The notes under the pieces were generated by a model, which made no database searches, was not told the DNA's origin, and saw only the letters and a list, made by a program, of their open reading frames with translations. This document shows positions 1 through 10,718 of a stretch of DNA of 64,000 bases, piece by piece. Position 1 is the first letter of the stretch, and every line of letters begins with the position of its first letter. The position numbers and the translations under genes were made by a program. Source of the stretch: a virus; the IMG/VR virus record IMGVR_UViG_3300045988_072133, positions 1 through 64,000 of that record, one strand, 5' to 3'.

Positions 1-1796
1 ATTTTTTTTGGCAAATCAAAGAAGATCAGAGAGGTATTTGGAGTAGTAATTATACTACTGCTAAGCAATTTGATACAGATAAAATTTTTTGTGGCTATAA
101 CAATATTCATTATGATAATCCAGTAATTAACTTTATTATTGATCATCGTGATATTGTATTGCAATTACCTTATGATCGTATATGTCGTAAGCTGTTTCAA
201 TTTAGTAACATAATCATTAATTCAGAAGAAGATCTAAGATGGAAGAAGTGGAAATACATGATGTTTTTTGAGTCAATGGACTTACTAACAATGTTATTTT
301 CAACGAAGTTACGAGTTAGCCTTAAAGCTATGCAAGTAACAATGCGCTTTCATAATGTTCAAGAATATGATGGCGATTTTAATCAATATCTACCTACTAC
401 GGAGATAGAGAAGATGATTGCTTATAATATTAATGATGTAGATTCAACTGAAGAATTGCTTAATCGTTGCAAAAAAGATATAGATTTACGGCTAGCTATT
501 GAAGATGAGTATGGAGTAAAAGTTCTGAGTAAGGATGGAGTTAACATTGGAATGAAAATTATTACTCAGAAGTATTTAGAGAAGACCAACCAGTCTTGGA
601 AACAAATCGAGAATCTTCGATCTCCATGTGACTATATTGACCTTAATCAAGCAATACTTCCCTTAATACATTTTGATACTCCTATTCTACAAGAGTTACT
701 TACCGAGCTGAAACAACAGATTGTCTCACCAGGACGTAAAGGTTATGAAAAACACTTTATACTTGATGGACTAAGATATTGTGTAGGTGTAGGAGGTATA
801 CATTCTGAGAACAAGCCTAAGATCATTATTCCAGACAGTAGTCAAATACTTAGTGATATAGATGTAGCAAGTCTGTATCCTAGTATGATTATTGAACATG
901 AGTTTTATCCACCACATCTAGGTAAGGAATTCCTTGAGGTTTATTCAAATATCAAGACTGAGCGATTAGAAGCGAAGCATAACGGCAACAAAGTTAAAGA
1001 TGCAACTCTTAAATTAGCATTGAACGGACTCTCAGGTAATCTACAAAATAAACATAACTTCTGCTATTCACCATTTACAGTAATGCAAATTAGGATGAAT
1101 GGTCAACTTATGTTATTAATGCTTGCAGAAAAGCTTATTGCAATTGGTTGTACTATAATTCAAGCAAATACTGATGGGTTATTTGTACTAAGGCCAAAGG
1201 ACAAAGAGCAAGAGTTCCAAGATGTATGTAGAGCATGGGAAACACTAACTAAGCTAGTTTTAGAGGAAGATAGATTTGAAGCAATGTATCAATATGCAAT
1301 CAATGACTATCTTGCTGTTAAAGAGGGTTATTCTGTATCTAAGGATCCTAATTTGATAAAAAAGAAGGGTCTCTTTATTGATACAGTTACTCTAGGTAAA
1401 GGTATGGATACTTTAATAATTGCAGAAGCAATAAATAAGTATTTTACTGATAACATTCCTATTGAAGAGACTATATATGGTTGTACTGATATCCACAAAT
1501 TCTTGACATATCAGAAAGTAGACAAGAAATTTCGAGTAGAATATAATGGAGAATTAATCCAACAAATCAATCGTTTTTATATGTCTACAGATGGCCACAT
1601 ACTACTAAAGTGTAAAGTAGATGATCAAGGTCGAAGGTCAGAATATGAACGTATTATTGCAGAATGTGGTGTAACAATTTACAACAATATTAAAGATCCT
1701 TCATATATCCCCGACAACATTAACTACGCATACTATTTAGGAGCTGCTAGAAAAATTATTTTAGAGCTTAAAAATAGTCAGCTAACGTTATTCTAA
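1..1796 (+). CDS. DNA polymerase family B, C-terminal ~598 aa. The 5' end is truncated by the window edge; the reading frame is open from nt 3 with no upstream stop.
   Basis: Exo II-like GYNNIHYDNPVI (nt ~93-128); motif A DIDVASLYPSMI (nt ~851-886); motif B KLALNGLSGNLQNK; motif C IQANTDGLFV (nt ~1161-1190). Confidence 0.8.
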   Translation, partial: FFWQIKEDQRGIWSSNYTTAKQFDTDKIFCGYNNIHYDNPVINFIIDHRDIVLQLPYDRICRKLFQFSNIIINSEEDLRWKKWKYMMFFESMDLLTMLFSTKLRVSLKAMQVTMRFHNVQEYDGDFNQYLPTTEIEKMIAYNINDVDSTEELLNRCKKDIDLRLAIEDEYGVKVLSKDGVNIGMKIITQKYLEKTNQSWKQIENLRSPCDYIDLNQAILPLIHFDTPILQELLTELKQQIVSPGRKGYEKHFILDGLRYCVGVGGIHSENKPKIIIPDSSQILSDIDVASLYPSMIIEHEFYPPHLGKEFLEVYSNIKTERLEAKHNGNKVKDATLKLALNGLSGNLQNKHNFCYSPFTVMQIRMNGQLMLLMLAEKLIAIGCTIIQANTDGLFVLRPKDKEQEFQDVCRAWETLTKLVLEEDRFEAMYQYAINDYLAVKEGYSVSKDPNLIKKKGLFIDTVTLGKGMDTLIIAEAINKYFTDNIPIEETIYGCTDIHKFLTYQKVDKKFRVEYNGELIQQINRFYMSTDGHILLKCKVDDQGRRSEYERIIAECGVTIYNNIKDPSYIPDNINYAYYLGAARKIILELKNSQLTLF

Positions 1797-2065
1797 TGAT
1801 TAAAGAAATTATCAAGTTTGGTGCTCCTTGGTGTCAAGGATGCGTCTCAGCAGATACAGCTCTAGAACAACTAGGAGCTATGAGGCCAGAAATTATCATT
1901 TCTAAGATTAATATCGAGGAAGATGAGACTATGGCTGAGAAGTATAAGGTTAGAGGTCTTCCGACTCTAGTCCTTATAGGATTGGATGGTAAGGAAATTG
2001 GTAGACATACTGGTAAAATTACTATTCAAGAACTAATTCAAATTGTAGATGGCAATGGATTATAA
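1796..2065 (+). CDS. thioredoxin (89 aa)
   Basis: CxxC active site GAPWCQGC (nt ~1826-1843); thioredoxin-fold length. Stop/start overlap with the polB stop (TAATG). Confidence 0.75.
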   Translation: MIKEIIKFGAPWCQGCVSADTALEQLGAMRPEIIISKINIEEDETMAEKYKVRGLPTLVLIGLDGKEIGRHTGKITIQELIQIVDGNGL

Positions 2066-2321
2066 CAGAGTACACGCGGAGATCAAGGAAACATATATCG
2101 CTAAAAACCGTGACTATGGTAACTCCTTTGAAAAGTCTCTTGATAAATTTGGACTTATTGCTGGTGTAGTTAGGATAAGTGATAAGTTCGAGAGACTTGC
2201 CAACCTATGCGATCGAGAACGATTGTCAGATGCACAAGTAAATGAGCCCCTTGCAGATACTTTGAAGGATATGGCAAACTACTGCATTATGGCTGCTGCA
2301 TGGCTCGAACGTGATAAGTAG
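2049..2321 (+). CDS. small all-alpha protein, possibly MazG-like or DUF1599-like NTP-pyrophosphatase fold (90 aa)
   Basis: KNRDYGNSF and EPLADTLKDMANYCIMAAAWLE helices resemble all-alpha NTP-PPase helices. Overlaps upstream gene by 17 nt. Weak call. Confidence 0.3.
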   Translation: MAMDYNRVHAEIKETYIAKNRDYGNSFEKSLDKFGLIAGVVRISDKFERLANLCDRERLSDAQVNEPLADTLKDMANYCIMAAAWLERDK

Positions 2322-2323
2322 TT

Positions 2324-2998
2324 ATGAAGATTTGCGCAATATCTGATTTACATGGTTATCTGCCCAAAGTTGAGGACATGCCCCTAAGTGATGTAGTTTG
2401 CATCGCTGGGGACATTAGTCCTCTTCGTATACAACGAAATAAACTTCTAAGTGCTATATGGTTTGGAAACACCTTTATTCCTTGGTGTGAATCTCTGCCG
2501 TGCGTTAAAGTTATTTTAGTTGCAGGAAATCATGATTTTTTCCTAGAAGATTATGATGAACCTGGAGGAGTAACACTTAAGTTAGGTAGGAATAATAAAC
2601 TTATCTACCTGAGAAACAGCTCTTATAAATATGGGCATAAAACCTTCTATGGCACACCTCATGTTACTGATCTTCCTAGATGGGCATTCAGTATAACAGA
2701 TGAGGAAGCTCATAAGATCTTTAGTCGCATTCCTAACTGTGACGTGCTTATTACTCACACCCCACCATTTGATGCTGCCAACACAGGCAACGTCTTTGGT
2801 TTAGATCACTATCCTGATTATGGAAGCTATGCCTTACGTGGAGAGATTATTGACAAGAATATTGATCTGATAATCTGTGGACATGTACATACGGGTAATC
2901 ATGAGCTTTCAGATTGGGGGACTCATAAAATAGTTAATGTAAGCTATTTAGATGAAGATTACAGACCTATATATTCACCAAAATTAATTACTATATGA
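2324..2998 (+). CDS. calcineurin-like metallophosphoesterase (224 aa)
   Basis: MPP motifs ISDLHG, GDISP, GNHDFF, ITHTPP, CGHVHTG all present in canonical order. Confidence 0.75.
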   Translation: MKICAISDLHGYLPKVEDMPLSDVVCIAGDISPLRIQRNKLLSAIWFGNTFIPWCESLPCVKVILVAGNHDFFLEDYDEPGGVTLKLGRNNKLIYLRNSSYKYGHKTFYGTPHVTDLPRWAFSITDEEAHKIFSRIPNCDVLITHTPPFDAANTGNVFGLDHYPDYGSYALRGEIIDKNIDLIICGHVHTGNHELSDWGTHKIVNVSYLDEDYRPIYSPKLITI

Positions 2999-4167
2999 GA
3001 ATTTGCTTCCACAAAGTAGAGTTACTCCCTGATCAGGGACTCTTGAAAAATATCGAAGTAGCTGGAAGAACTTGTTATAAGTCAGAGGAAAAAATCACGG
3101 AGACATCAGCAAAAGCATTTGTTGAAATGCTCCTGGGTAAGAAACACCTTTCAGTACTAGAACATGGAAGTATTTATCTAACAACTCCTAGTTCTTCTCC
3201 TCTTTCCTTAAAGGAATCTCCGTGGTGTCACATAGAGGACAGAAAGGATGGGAAGAGGTATTACTATACTAACTTTCGATATATCTGTGAAGCCTATCCC
3301 GAGTTAGCAATAGCAATTATGAAAGATGAGCATCTTCCAGAAGGAGTAGAATTCTTTATCCCGGAAAAGAATGATCCTTATAAAAGGTACTCTTTTAGAC
3401 TAATTACTAACTTCAAGATTTCTGAGCAGTATGTTAGGCATCGAGTATTTTCTCATTCTAAGGAAAGTACAAGATACTGTAACTATACAAAGGATCGGTT
3501 TGATCATGAAACTACTATTGTAGTTCCATTCGGACGAGAGATGTGGTTTGGAGGAGTTACAGGGAAGCTAGAGGGTATAGACGAAAAGTGGTACTTTACT
3601 CCTGATGAGGAATCACCATCCTTAGAAAACAATTGGCATAAGGATGAGAAGAACAGATACATCATTGATGCTATGAACGAAGATCCTCATCTCCATAAAG
3701 TTCTCTCTCGTTCTAAACTTGCTGAGTTAGACTACTTCGCAGCAATCCAAGAAGGTAACAGACCTGAGGTTGCAAGAGACTATCTCACTCTGTTCACTAA
3801 GACTGAGCAGGTTATGACTGGATTTGCTAAAGATTGGTCAGATCTTATTAAGAAAAGATTTGTTCCTGGAGCACAAAATGAAGCCCGCTTCCTAGCAGAT
3901 AAAATTAAGATAGCTTTAGCTTCTGAGATAAGGTCAGAAAAATCTAGTAGCAAGGATTCACCCAAGTATACATTAGAGGACCTAAGAGAAATATATCACC
4001 AAATGTGGCACCCAGAGCCAGTTGCTGCAGATGCTGCAGATGAGCCTCATGTTATAATTAATCGCGCTATGGCTGGCATAGCACAAGACTTGGGAGATCA
4101 TATTGCAGAAGCGGAAAGACCTAGAGTTGTACTCAATCGAGATATAATAAATGAAGTACTAGGATAA
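2995..4167 (+). CDS. thyX: flavin-dependent thymidylate synthase ThyX with a ~150 aa C-terminal extension (390 aa)
   Basis: ThyX signature RHRVFSHSKESTRY (RHR-x7-S; nt ~3435-3476) and LEHGSIYLT motif; 4-nt overlap with upstream gene. Confidence 0.6.
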   Translation: MRICFHKVELLPDQGLLKNIEVAGRTCYKSEEKITETSAKAFVEMLLGKKHLSVLEHGSIYLTTPSSSPLSLKESPWCHIEDRKDGKRYYYTNFRYICEAYPELAIAIMKDEHLPEGVEFFIPEKNDPYKRYSFRLITNFKISEQYVRHRVFSHSKESTRYCNYTKDRFDHETTIVVPFGREMWFGGVTGKLEGIDEKWYFTPDEESPSLENNWHKDEKNRYIIDAMNEDPHLHKVLSRSKLAELDYFAAIQEGNRPEVARDYLTLFTKTEQVMTGFAKDWSDLIKKRFVPGAQNEARFLADKIKIALASEIRSEKSSSKDSPKYTLEDLREIYHQMWHPEPVAADAADEPHVIINRAMAGIAQDLGDHIAEAERPRVVLNRDIINEVLG

Positions 4168-4168
4168 T

Positions 4169-5200
4169 ATGCTCTTTGAAACTCAGCCCCCACTATTAGG
4201 CTTACATGATGTATGCTTAATACCAGCCCCAGTTACAAGAGTTGCTAGTAGAACAGAGTGTGATCCTTACTATTCAAAAGGACGACTACCTCTTGCTGCT
4301 GCTCCTATGGATTGTGTTATAAACGAAACTAACTGGGAAACTTTTGCTAAAGCTGGAGTCTTAACAGTTATTCCACGCACAGTTCCTCTCAAGACTCGAA
4401 AGCATCTTATGACGAGTACATTTGTTGGAATGTCTCTGAATGAGTTCATGCAGATCTTCTGTACTCTAAATAAATCTAATGATATAGCAAAAGTCTTGGA
4501 AGAGAATGACCTACAAGCAAAAGTCTGTGTAGACATAGCTAATGGTCATATGCAATCTCTCATTGATCTTTGCACTATAGCAAAGGAAATATTTGGGAAT
4601 AGATTGGTTCTCATGACAGGTAATATAGCTAATCCTATGACATATATATTATATGCTAAAGCAGGAATAGACTATGTACGTGTTGGAATTGGTTCAGGAT
4701 CTCGGTGCACGACATCTGCTAATGTTGGAGTACACTTCCCTATGGCATCGTTGTTAGATAATATCCGGAAATTACAGTTAGCTACAGATTTGCCTACTTA
4801 CCCAAAGATAATCGCAGATGGGGGTTTCTCCAACTATGATGATATCATTAAAGCTATAGCTCTGGGAGCTGACTTTGTGATGTGTGGTAAATTCTTTGCT
4901 GAATGTGAAGAAGCTTGTGGCAACGTTACTGTTCTACCTGATGGAAGTCGAGAACGAGAGTATTATGGGATGTCTACGAAGGTTGCTCAGAAAAAGATGG
5001 GCAAAAGCTCTTTAAGGACATCTGAAGGTATAAGTAAGACTGTAAAGATTACTCATACCCTTAGCCAAAAGATTGAGAATTTTAAGGATTACTTGACTAC
5101 TGCAATGAGTTATTGTGATTCACTTAATCTTATAGAATTCCAATCTAAGGCTATGGTTTACAAGCTCTCTGCTGAGGCTAGGCAAGCTTATTTTAAGTAG
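4169..5200 (+). CDS. GMP reductase / IMPDH-family TIM-barrel enzyme without CBS subdomain (343 aa)
   Basis: N-terminal LGLHDVCLIPAPVT (IMPDH/GMPR start motif); catalytic Cys loop GIGSGSRCTTSANVG (nt ~4690-4718); phosphate-binding IADGGFSNYDDIIKAIALGADFVMCG; size matches GuaC rather than IMPDH. Confidence 0.7.
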   Translation: MLFETQPPLLGLHDVCLIPAPVTRVASRTECDPYYSKGRLPLAAAPMDCVINETNWETFAKAGVLTVIPRTVPLKTRKHLMTSTFVGMSLNEFMQIFCTLNKSNDIAKVLEENDLQAKVCVDIANGHMQSLIDLCTIAKEIFGNRLVLMTGNIANPMTYILYAKAGIDYVRVGIGSGSRCTTSANVGVHFPMASLLDNIRKLQLATDLPTYPKIIADGGFSNYDDIIKAIALGADFVMCGKFFAECEEACGNVTVLPDGSREREYYGMSTKVAQKKMGKSSLRTSEGISKTVKITHTLSQKIENFKDYLTTAMSYCDSLNLIEFQSKAMVYKLSAEARQAYFK

Positions 5201-5201
5201 T

Positions 5202-5510
5202 ATGAAGACAATTTCTTATGAAGAATTCGTTGAGAATTATAGACCTATAAAGAACCAGTTTAACCCAGTTGCTGAGTATGATGGTACTCTATATAATCCT
5301 ATAGAATTTTCACGAATAGCCTCTACTGCTTTACCTAACAGAATACTGTGGACATTAATGCAAGTCAGTTATTTTAACGAAGAAACTTGTGAATGTACTA
5401 CAGAGAAATATATTTACCAAGGATTACAGGAGTTTGGAGATTTCTTAGGATATTTCGTTACTGAAGAACCCTATGAATATGGTAAACCTTTCAATGTTAA
5501 GGTAGAGTAA
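5202..5510 (+). CDS. hypothetical protein (102 aa), last gene of + block
   Basis: ORF only; ATGA start/stop overlap with guaC-like gene. Confidence 0.4.
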   Translation: MKTISYEEFVENYRPIKNQFNPVAEYDGTLYNPIEFSRIASTALPNRILWTLMQVSYFNEETCECTTEKYIYQGLQEFGDFLGYFVTEEPYEYGKPFNVKVE

Positions 5511-5516
5511 TAAAAA

Positions 5517-5553
5517 TCCCCGATAGGTTATACGCCTACCGGGGAATTTTTTT
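5517..5553. terminator. bidirectional rho-independent terminator between the convergent + and - gene blocks
   Basis: Stem CCCCGATAGG / CCTACCGGGG (9 of 10 bp) with 7-nt loop, followed by T7 on + strand and an A-tract (U-tract in - sense) on the other side. Confidence 0.6.
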
Positions 5554-5568
5554 AGACTTCAGGGAAAA

Positions 5569-8500
5569 TTATCTTTGATTAAATGTAAATGTATCATAAA
5601 TATCAAAGAAATCCTGAGCGGCATTAAATCCTGGAGTTAGTCTTGATAAGTAATAGAAAGGTTGAGTTCTATCATTCTTATCTTCCTCCCACCATATTAA
5701 TCCTTTGTAATCCTTTCCCATTACCAAGTCCCTAGTTTCATCAACAGTATTCCTAAAGAATCCCATTAAATTAGTTACGTAAGACATGACTGCCATAGGA
5801 GAGGAAATAATATCTGTAGCACTACTAATATCTACAAAGAATGATGCTTCAAGATATGCTCCATAGAGAGCTCTATATAAATTCTGTGTAGCAATATTCG
5901 TAGCCCATCCTGAAAAATCATCATCAGGCTCGTCAGGTACCATAGCTTTTGCTAGCATAGCCATTAGGAATAATCCTACAATAGATTGCAGTTCATAACC
6001 TAATGCTTTTAACTTAGTTAGTCTTAATTGGCAGAAATTTTCAAATGTGAAATCTTGTTTAGATTCATTTGGATGTTGATGAAAATATTCTTCATATTGC
6101 TTTCTAGCAGCTACTTCATTCTGGCCAATATTTTCACCTGCTAAGTATCCTAAGATAGGCATAGACCTTAAGAGCATTCTACCAAATGCCTTAGATATTT
6201 CTATACCTCCTGTAGCAAACTCTCCCATCCCGACTCTAAATCTACCAACATCATATTCATCTATGATAGTATCCTTTTGGAGACCTTTAAATCTAGTTCT
6301 CAACAGTCCAGGAAGCCAGTTACGATACTGCATAATTAATGTACCTGCAATAGTAGTATTGGCAAGATACCTATCTTCAGAAGGCATAACACCCTTAACA
6401 GATGTAGCAGCACTTTGGGCAGCTGTCCTAAACTTTATAATGTCTTCATTAGAAAGTTTATCAATAGTCATCTTACCATTCTCATCTACATGTAGTAAAT
6501 CTGCAATAGGAATAGCCTTAGGACTACGGGCTAATCTAACTACTTTCTTCTTATCCTCATCATATCCCCATGCATAAAGCATAGATGTAATAACTTTACG
6601 ATCTATATTAGAGTCTGTAGCTTCTAGTAGATAGAAAGCATTTTCTACATTAAATACTCTATTAGTCTTATTTGCAGAAAGTTCAATAGCTCTTTTCTTC
6701 CAAACATCTTCATTACCTATATGAAAGAATGATATTGCTCCATAATATTTAGTAGGATCCTGTTTCTTAAGTTCATTAGACTTCCTAGTAGACTCTTTAG
6801 TATAATACTTACCTTCTATCTCAACCATTTTGAAGTTAAGCATTGTCTGAACAAAATTTCGAAATCCCAAGATAGGTTTAAATCCTAGTGTACTTAGAGA
6901 AGACCATTGAACTACCTTTTTAGCTAACTTACCCCAACTATAAGTTTTACCCATGAAGGTGAAAGGTTTACCAGTCTCTTGAATAGATTTACCATATACA
7001 TAGAGATCTATGAATTTCTCTAATACTGAGACATCATCTATGGATAAGCCTAGAGCTGTACTTACCTTGCCTACCCATTTATCCATGTTAGGAATATTAT
7101 CCTCAACAAAGACCTTAGCTTCATTGGTTTTAGCATGATAAAGTAGTAGCTGCGCATTAGCTTCAATTTCCTTCATGTGCTTATATGTATACACAGATTG
7201 GGCCATAAGGAGTAACACTCTTGAGAGATCATATGATTTATGTCTCAGACCTTTCTCCTCAGCTATCTTACGAAGTTCATTGTATCTTGCTGCTCGCCAT
7301 TCCTCAGTATCTCTAGAAAGATTAGGATTAATAGCAGCTTCTGCTCTTGCAATATCTGTAGAAGTTAAGTTATCTTTAAGAGGATCTATAAAGAATAATG
7401 GTACATGTTTAATAGGATTACCAGCATAATCTAAGCCAGATGTTTCTTCCTTACTCTTATAAACTACATCTGATTCATCTCGGGTTTCTAAAGCTCCTAG
7501 AGTTATAGACCTAAGATCTGACAAAGCTCCAATGCCATTCTTAAAGATAGAGTCCATAAGATCATTTCTTACATTAGCAATAAACTTTTGACTAATCTTA
7601 CGACCTGTGATATTCTCAAATTCCACATTAAAGTTCACATACATATTATAATAGTCTACCAGAGGTTTAATATCCTTAATCTTATTGAATTCCTCACTGT
7701 AATAATCGGGATTCTCCACTCGATATTTATCTCTGATAAACATATTATATTTATGAAAGGCTGCTTTCTTATTATAACTTAAGTCATTAGCTTTACGCCA
7801 TGCTAAGTATCTTCTTTCCTCACGTTCCTCCGCAGAGGTTCCTTTAGCATTCTCTATACGAGTTAGCCATTCAGCTTTAGCCTTATTAAAATCCTCTAAT
7901 GCTTTACCTGTATATCTATAGCCCCCTTTAGGATCACGTTCGATTTGATAGTTATTCAAAAAGAATGTTATTGAACGACTGCTATATGTACGAGCTTTCT
8001 CTAAGTCTTTATAAAACTTACTAGAATACTTATTAATAAGTTTACCTGTTGAGGTATCTACAATCATATTAAAAGCATCCTGCAGAGTTTTATTATTAGA
8101 CTTTGCCCATTCTTGAAGAGCTTCTGTGTGAACTTTAATCTTCTCATGAGCTTTCTCAAGCTGCTCATAAATATTTGCTTGTGCACTTTTCAAAAGTTTA
8201 GAGAAAGCTCTAAATATAGGATGTGCTATTTCACTTACCTTGCTAAACCATCCTGCCCACCAGCCTACATGACTGCCAGGCTGGGTAATATCTTCTCCTG
8301 TAGTAGCTAACAACATATCTATAGGTTTCTGACTAAGGAGATTTCTAATAAATAATACCTCTCTCAAGGCTTTACCTAGCTGCATTCGAACATTAAGATC
8401 ATCTTCTAAGTTAATTAGATCTACTGACCCTTGAAAGAAATCTAGATATACATCTGATCTTTGCTTAAGCTCAAGTATCTCATTAGCTGTGAGAGATCCA

Positions 8501-10716
8501 GGCTGTCCAAAGGGGATAGTTAATCTTCTTTGAAGAGATCTCGACATATCCTCAATTTCTTTAAATAGATAAGTATAATCTTGTCTAATAAGAATATTTT
8601 GGATAAGATCTTCAGTTCTATGCCATGCGTCTCTATCAAGCTGGGATTTAGTTCGTAGGTATTTGCTACGTTGAGCATTTCTAGCTTGATACAATTTCTC
8701 TAACTGTTTAGCTAATTTAGGATTTAAATCTGCTTCTTCGCTAAGAGATACTGGATTCAAAGCATGTATTTCCAAAGACCAAGGTTCAATTCTACCGAAT
8801 CCAAAGATAGATGGTTTACCTGTCTCTTCATCTTTAGCAAACTGTACATTAATAGGAAGTACTCTTGTAGCTCCAAAATGTACATTAACCCTTCTGCCCT
8901 CAGCCTCAGCTTTTTTCCTAATACCATTAGTGAAAACGTTTTTATACTGAGTAATTTGAGTATTCCAACTTTCTTTAGCTATGTCAGAAATATCACTAAT
9001 GATCTCGTCTCCTTCCATAGTAAACTCGTGAGTTTTGTAATCATAGATATCAATAACTCCATTAGAGTATATTGCTACTAAATCACAAGTTCCTGCAAGA
9101 TCTCTAGTTTCATCATATATAGTTTGCTCAGTAAAGATTTTAACACTACCTTTAGTACCGGTTTGAGTATCAATATAAGCCTGACGTGACAGTATTTCTC
9201 GATAAGAGTTACTTACAGCTTCCTTAAGATTATTGAATTGTTTATCAGAAACTCTCGCAATTTCACGAATACCATTATTGGACTTTTCTGCTAATTCAGG
9301 TAAAGCTCTTAACTTATCTACTACTTGCTGTACAATAGCCTCTTTAGTAGAATTTCTACCCTCTATACGATCTTTCATCAGGGCTTCTAAGTAAGCATGA
9401 ACAGTAGTACCTTTAACAGTACGAGTTTGTGCTTTAGGGTCTGTATCCTCATTCTCACTATCTGATGTTACCCTAAATCTTCTCTTCATACCTCTAGCTA
9501 CAATATCCGAAACTCTTCGACTAACGGGAGTACCATCTGCTTTGATATAAGCTCCTTGTCTTACATCATAATGTACTGTAAGGTTCTTAAGAAAATTCTC
9601 AGCATCTAGTTGAGTAGAGATCATCTCTTGAGTTAATTCATAGTAATAATCTCCATTCTTAATATCTGCTTCAAGGTTATCTAGTCCAACAATTTGCTTA
9701 CGTAACATCATCTGTGCTACTTCTGTAAAAGGTTGCATATCTGCATTCATTCCTTCTACAGTTATATTAGCAACTTCTGCCCTACGCTTAAAATAAGACT
9801 TTATTAAGTTAAATAGCTTCTTAATAGCAGATACTATCCCAGTAGATTCAGGAACATATTGGTTGGAATTAGCTTCATATAAACGTACAACTTCTTGAGC
9901 AATAAGTTTACCAGCAGCCTCTTCTGCCATCCTTACTTCATCACCCTGATATACTTCAGCATATTCTTGCTTAACTCTCTCATAAGTAGAACTCTCTCTG
10001 GCAACTCTTAACAATCTTTGATAAAGAGGATTATCTTTACCAAGCATCCTCACCATGATATGAGCACACTCTTCACTGAGAGTAGTAGCATCTGCCTTAT
10101 CTAAAGCGACGGTAATAATTTTCCTTACCATATCAACCTGAGCTATAGCAGATATAGGATTACCATCTTTATCAGTAATATCTCCCCAAGTCTTAACTTG
10201 GAAGCCTATTCTACCAGCCCAATCCTTTAAAAGCCCATCAAGGCCCTTTATAGGCGATTTGGTGGACTCTCTTGAAATCTGGTACATCTCCTCAGGTTTA
10301 ACATCATAAGCGCTTAAATTAGGCTTATATTGCTCAGGAAGGACATATCTCTCTACATATACCTCAGAATACTCTTTGCCCATAGGAGAGCTTGCAGATT
10401 TAACAACTTTAGCTCTATAAGCCCCATAGTTAGCATTAATTTGAGCAGCTTTATTAATTGCTGCTTCATACTGTGCTTTGCTATTAGTATATACTACAGG
10501 TCGTCCTTTACTATCTACAATACCAAGAGCCATCTTTTCTGTAGCAGAAATGGGTTCATAAGTTATACGAAGAGATTTAATAGTCTCCAAAGCTTGGCGA
10601 AGAGTAGGGATATTATCCCCACTCTTTACATACAATGCCCAAGCAATGTCTTCACCAAACCTGTTGACTAAATCCTTCCAAGCCTGAGAGCTTGTATTAG
10701 GACATACATTAGCCAT
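5569..10716 (-). CDS. giant virion/cargo-like protein (1715 aa), function unknown; possibly ejection protein or accessory vRNAP subunit
   Basis: Long ORF immediately downstream (2-nt spacer TAA-TT-ATG) of the vRNAP candidate; no motif recognised. Confidence 0.45.
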   Translation of the reverse strand: MANVCPNTSSQAWKDLVNRFGEDIAWALYVKSGDNIPTLRQALETIKSLRITYEPISATEKMALGIVDSKGRPVVYTNSKAQYEAAINKAAQINANYGAYRAKVVKSASSPMGKEYSEVYVERYVLPEQYKPNLSAYDVKPEEMYQISRESTKSPIKGLDGLLKDWAGRIGFQVKTWGDITDKDGNPISAIAQVDMVRKIITVALDKADATTLSEECAHIMVRMLGKDNPLYQRLLRVARESSTYERVKQEYAEVYQGDEVRMAEEAAGKLIAQEVVRLYEANSNQYVPESTGIVSAIKKLFNLIKSYFKRRAEVANITVEGMNADMQPFTEVAQMMLRKQIVGLDNLEADIKNGDYYYELTQEMISTQLDAENFLKNLTVHYDVRQGAYIKADGTPVSRRVSDIVARGMKRRFRVTSDSENEDTDPKAQTRTVKGTTVHAYLEALMKDRIEGRNSTKEAIVQQVVDKLRALPELAEKSNNGIREIARVSDKQFNNLKEAVSNSYREILSRQAYIDTQTGTKGSVKIFTEQTIYDETRDLAGTCDLVAIYSNGVIDIYDYKTHEFTMEGDEIISDISDIAKESWNTQITQYKNVFTNGIRKKAEAEGRRVNVHFGATRVLPINVQFAKDEETGKPSIFGFGRIEPWSLEIHALNPVSLSEEADLNPKLAKQLEKLYQARNAQRSKYLRTKSQLDRDAWHRTEDLIQNILIRQDYTYLFKEIEDMSRSLQRRLTIPFGQPGSLTANEILELKQRSDVYLDFFQGSVDLINLEDDLNVRMQLGKALREVLFIRNLLSQKPIDMLLATTGEDITQPGSHVGWWAGWFSKVSEIAHPIFRAFSKLLKSAQANIYEQLEKAHEKIKVHTEALQEWAKSNNKTLQDAFNMIVDTSTGKLINKYSSKFYKDLEKARTYSSRSITFFLNNYQIERDPKGGYRYTGKALEDFNKAKAEWLTRIENAKGTSAEEREERRYLAWRKANDLSYNKKAAFHKYNMFIRDKYRVENPDYYSEEFNKIKDIKPLVDYYNMYVNFNVEFENITGRKISQKFIANVRNDLMDSIFKNGIGALSDLRSITLGALETRDESDVVYKSKEETSGLDYAGNPIKHVPLFFIDPLKDNLTSTDIARAEAAINPNLSRDTEEWRAARYNELRKIAEEKGLRHKSYDLSRVLLLMAQSVYTYKHMKEIEANAQLLLYHAKTNEAKVFVEDNIPNMDKWVGKVSTALGLSIDDVSVLEKFIDLYVYGKSIQETGKPFTFMGKTYSWGKLAKKVVQWSSLSTLGFKPILGFRNFVQTMLNFKMVEIEGKYYTKESTRKSNELKKQDPTKYYGAISFFHIGNEDVWKKRAIELSANKTNRVFNVENAFYLLEATDSNIDRKVITSMLYAWGYDEDKKKVVRLARSPKAIPIADLLHVDENGKMTIDKLSNEDIIKFRTAAQSAATSVKGVMPSEDRYLANTTIAGTLIMQYRNWLPGLLRTRFKGLQKDTIIDEYDVGRFRVGMGEFATGGIEISKAFGRMLLRSMPILGYLAGENIGQNEVAARKQYEEYFHQHPNESKQDFTFENFCQLRLTKLKALGYELQSIVGLFLMAMLAKAMVPDEPDDDFSGWATNIATQNLYRALYGAYLEASFFVDISSATDIISSPMAVMSYVTNLMGFFRNTVDETRDLVMGKDYKGLIWWEEDKNDRTQPFYYLSRLTPGFNAAQDFFDIYDTFTFNQR

Positions 10717-10718
10717 AA

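Noticed and set aside
2-9. T8 homopolymer at window start
   Set aside because: Lies in polB coding sequence encoding Phe-Phe-Trp; A/T runs of this length are expected in an AT-rich genome, unlike the G/C runs.
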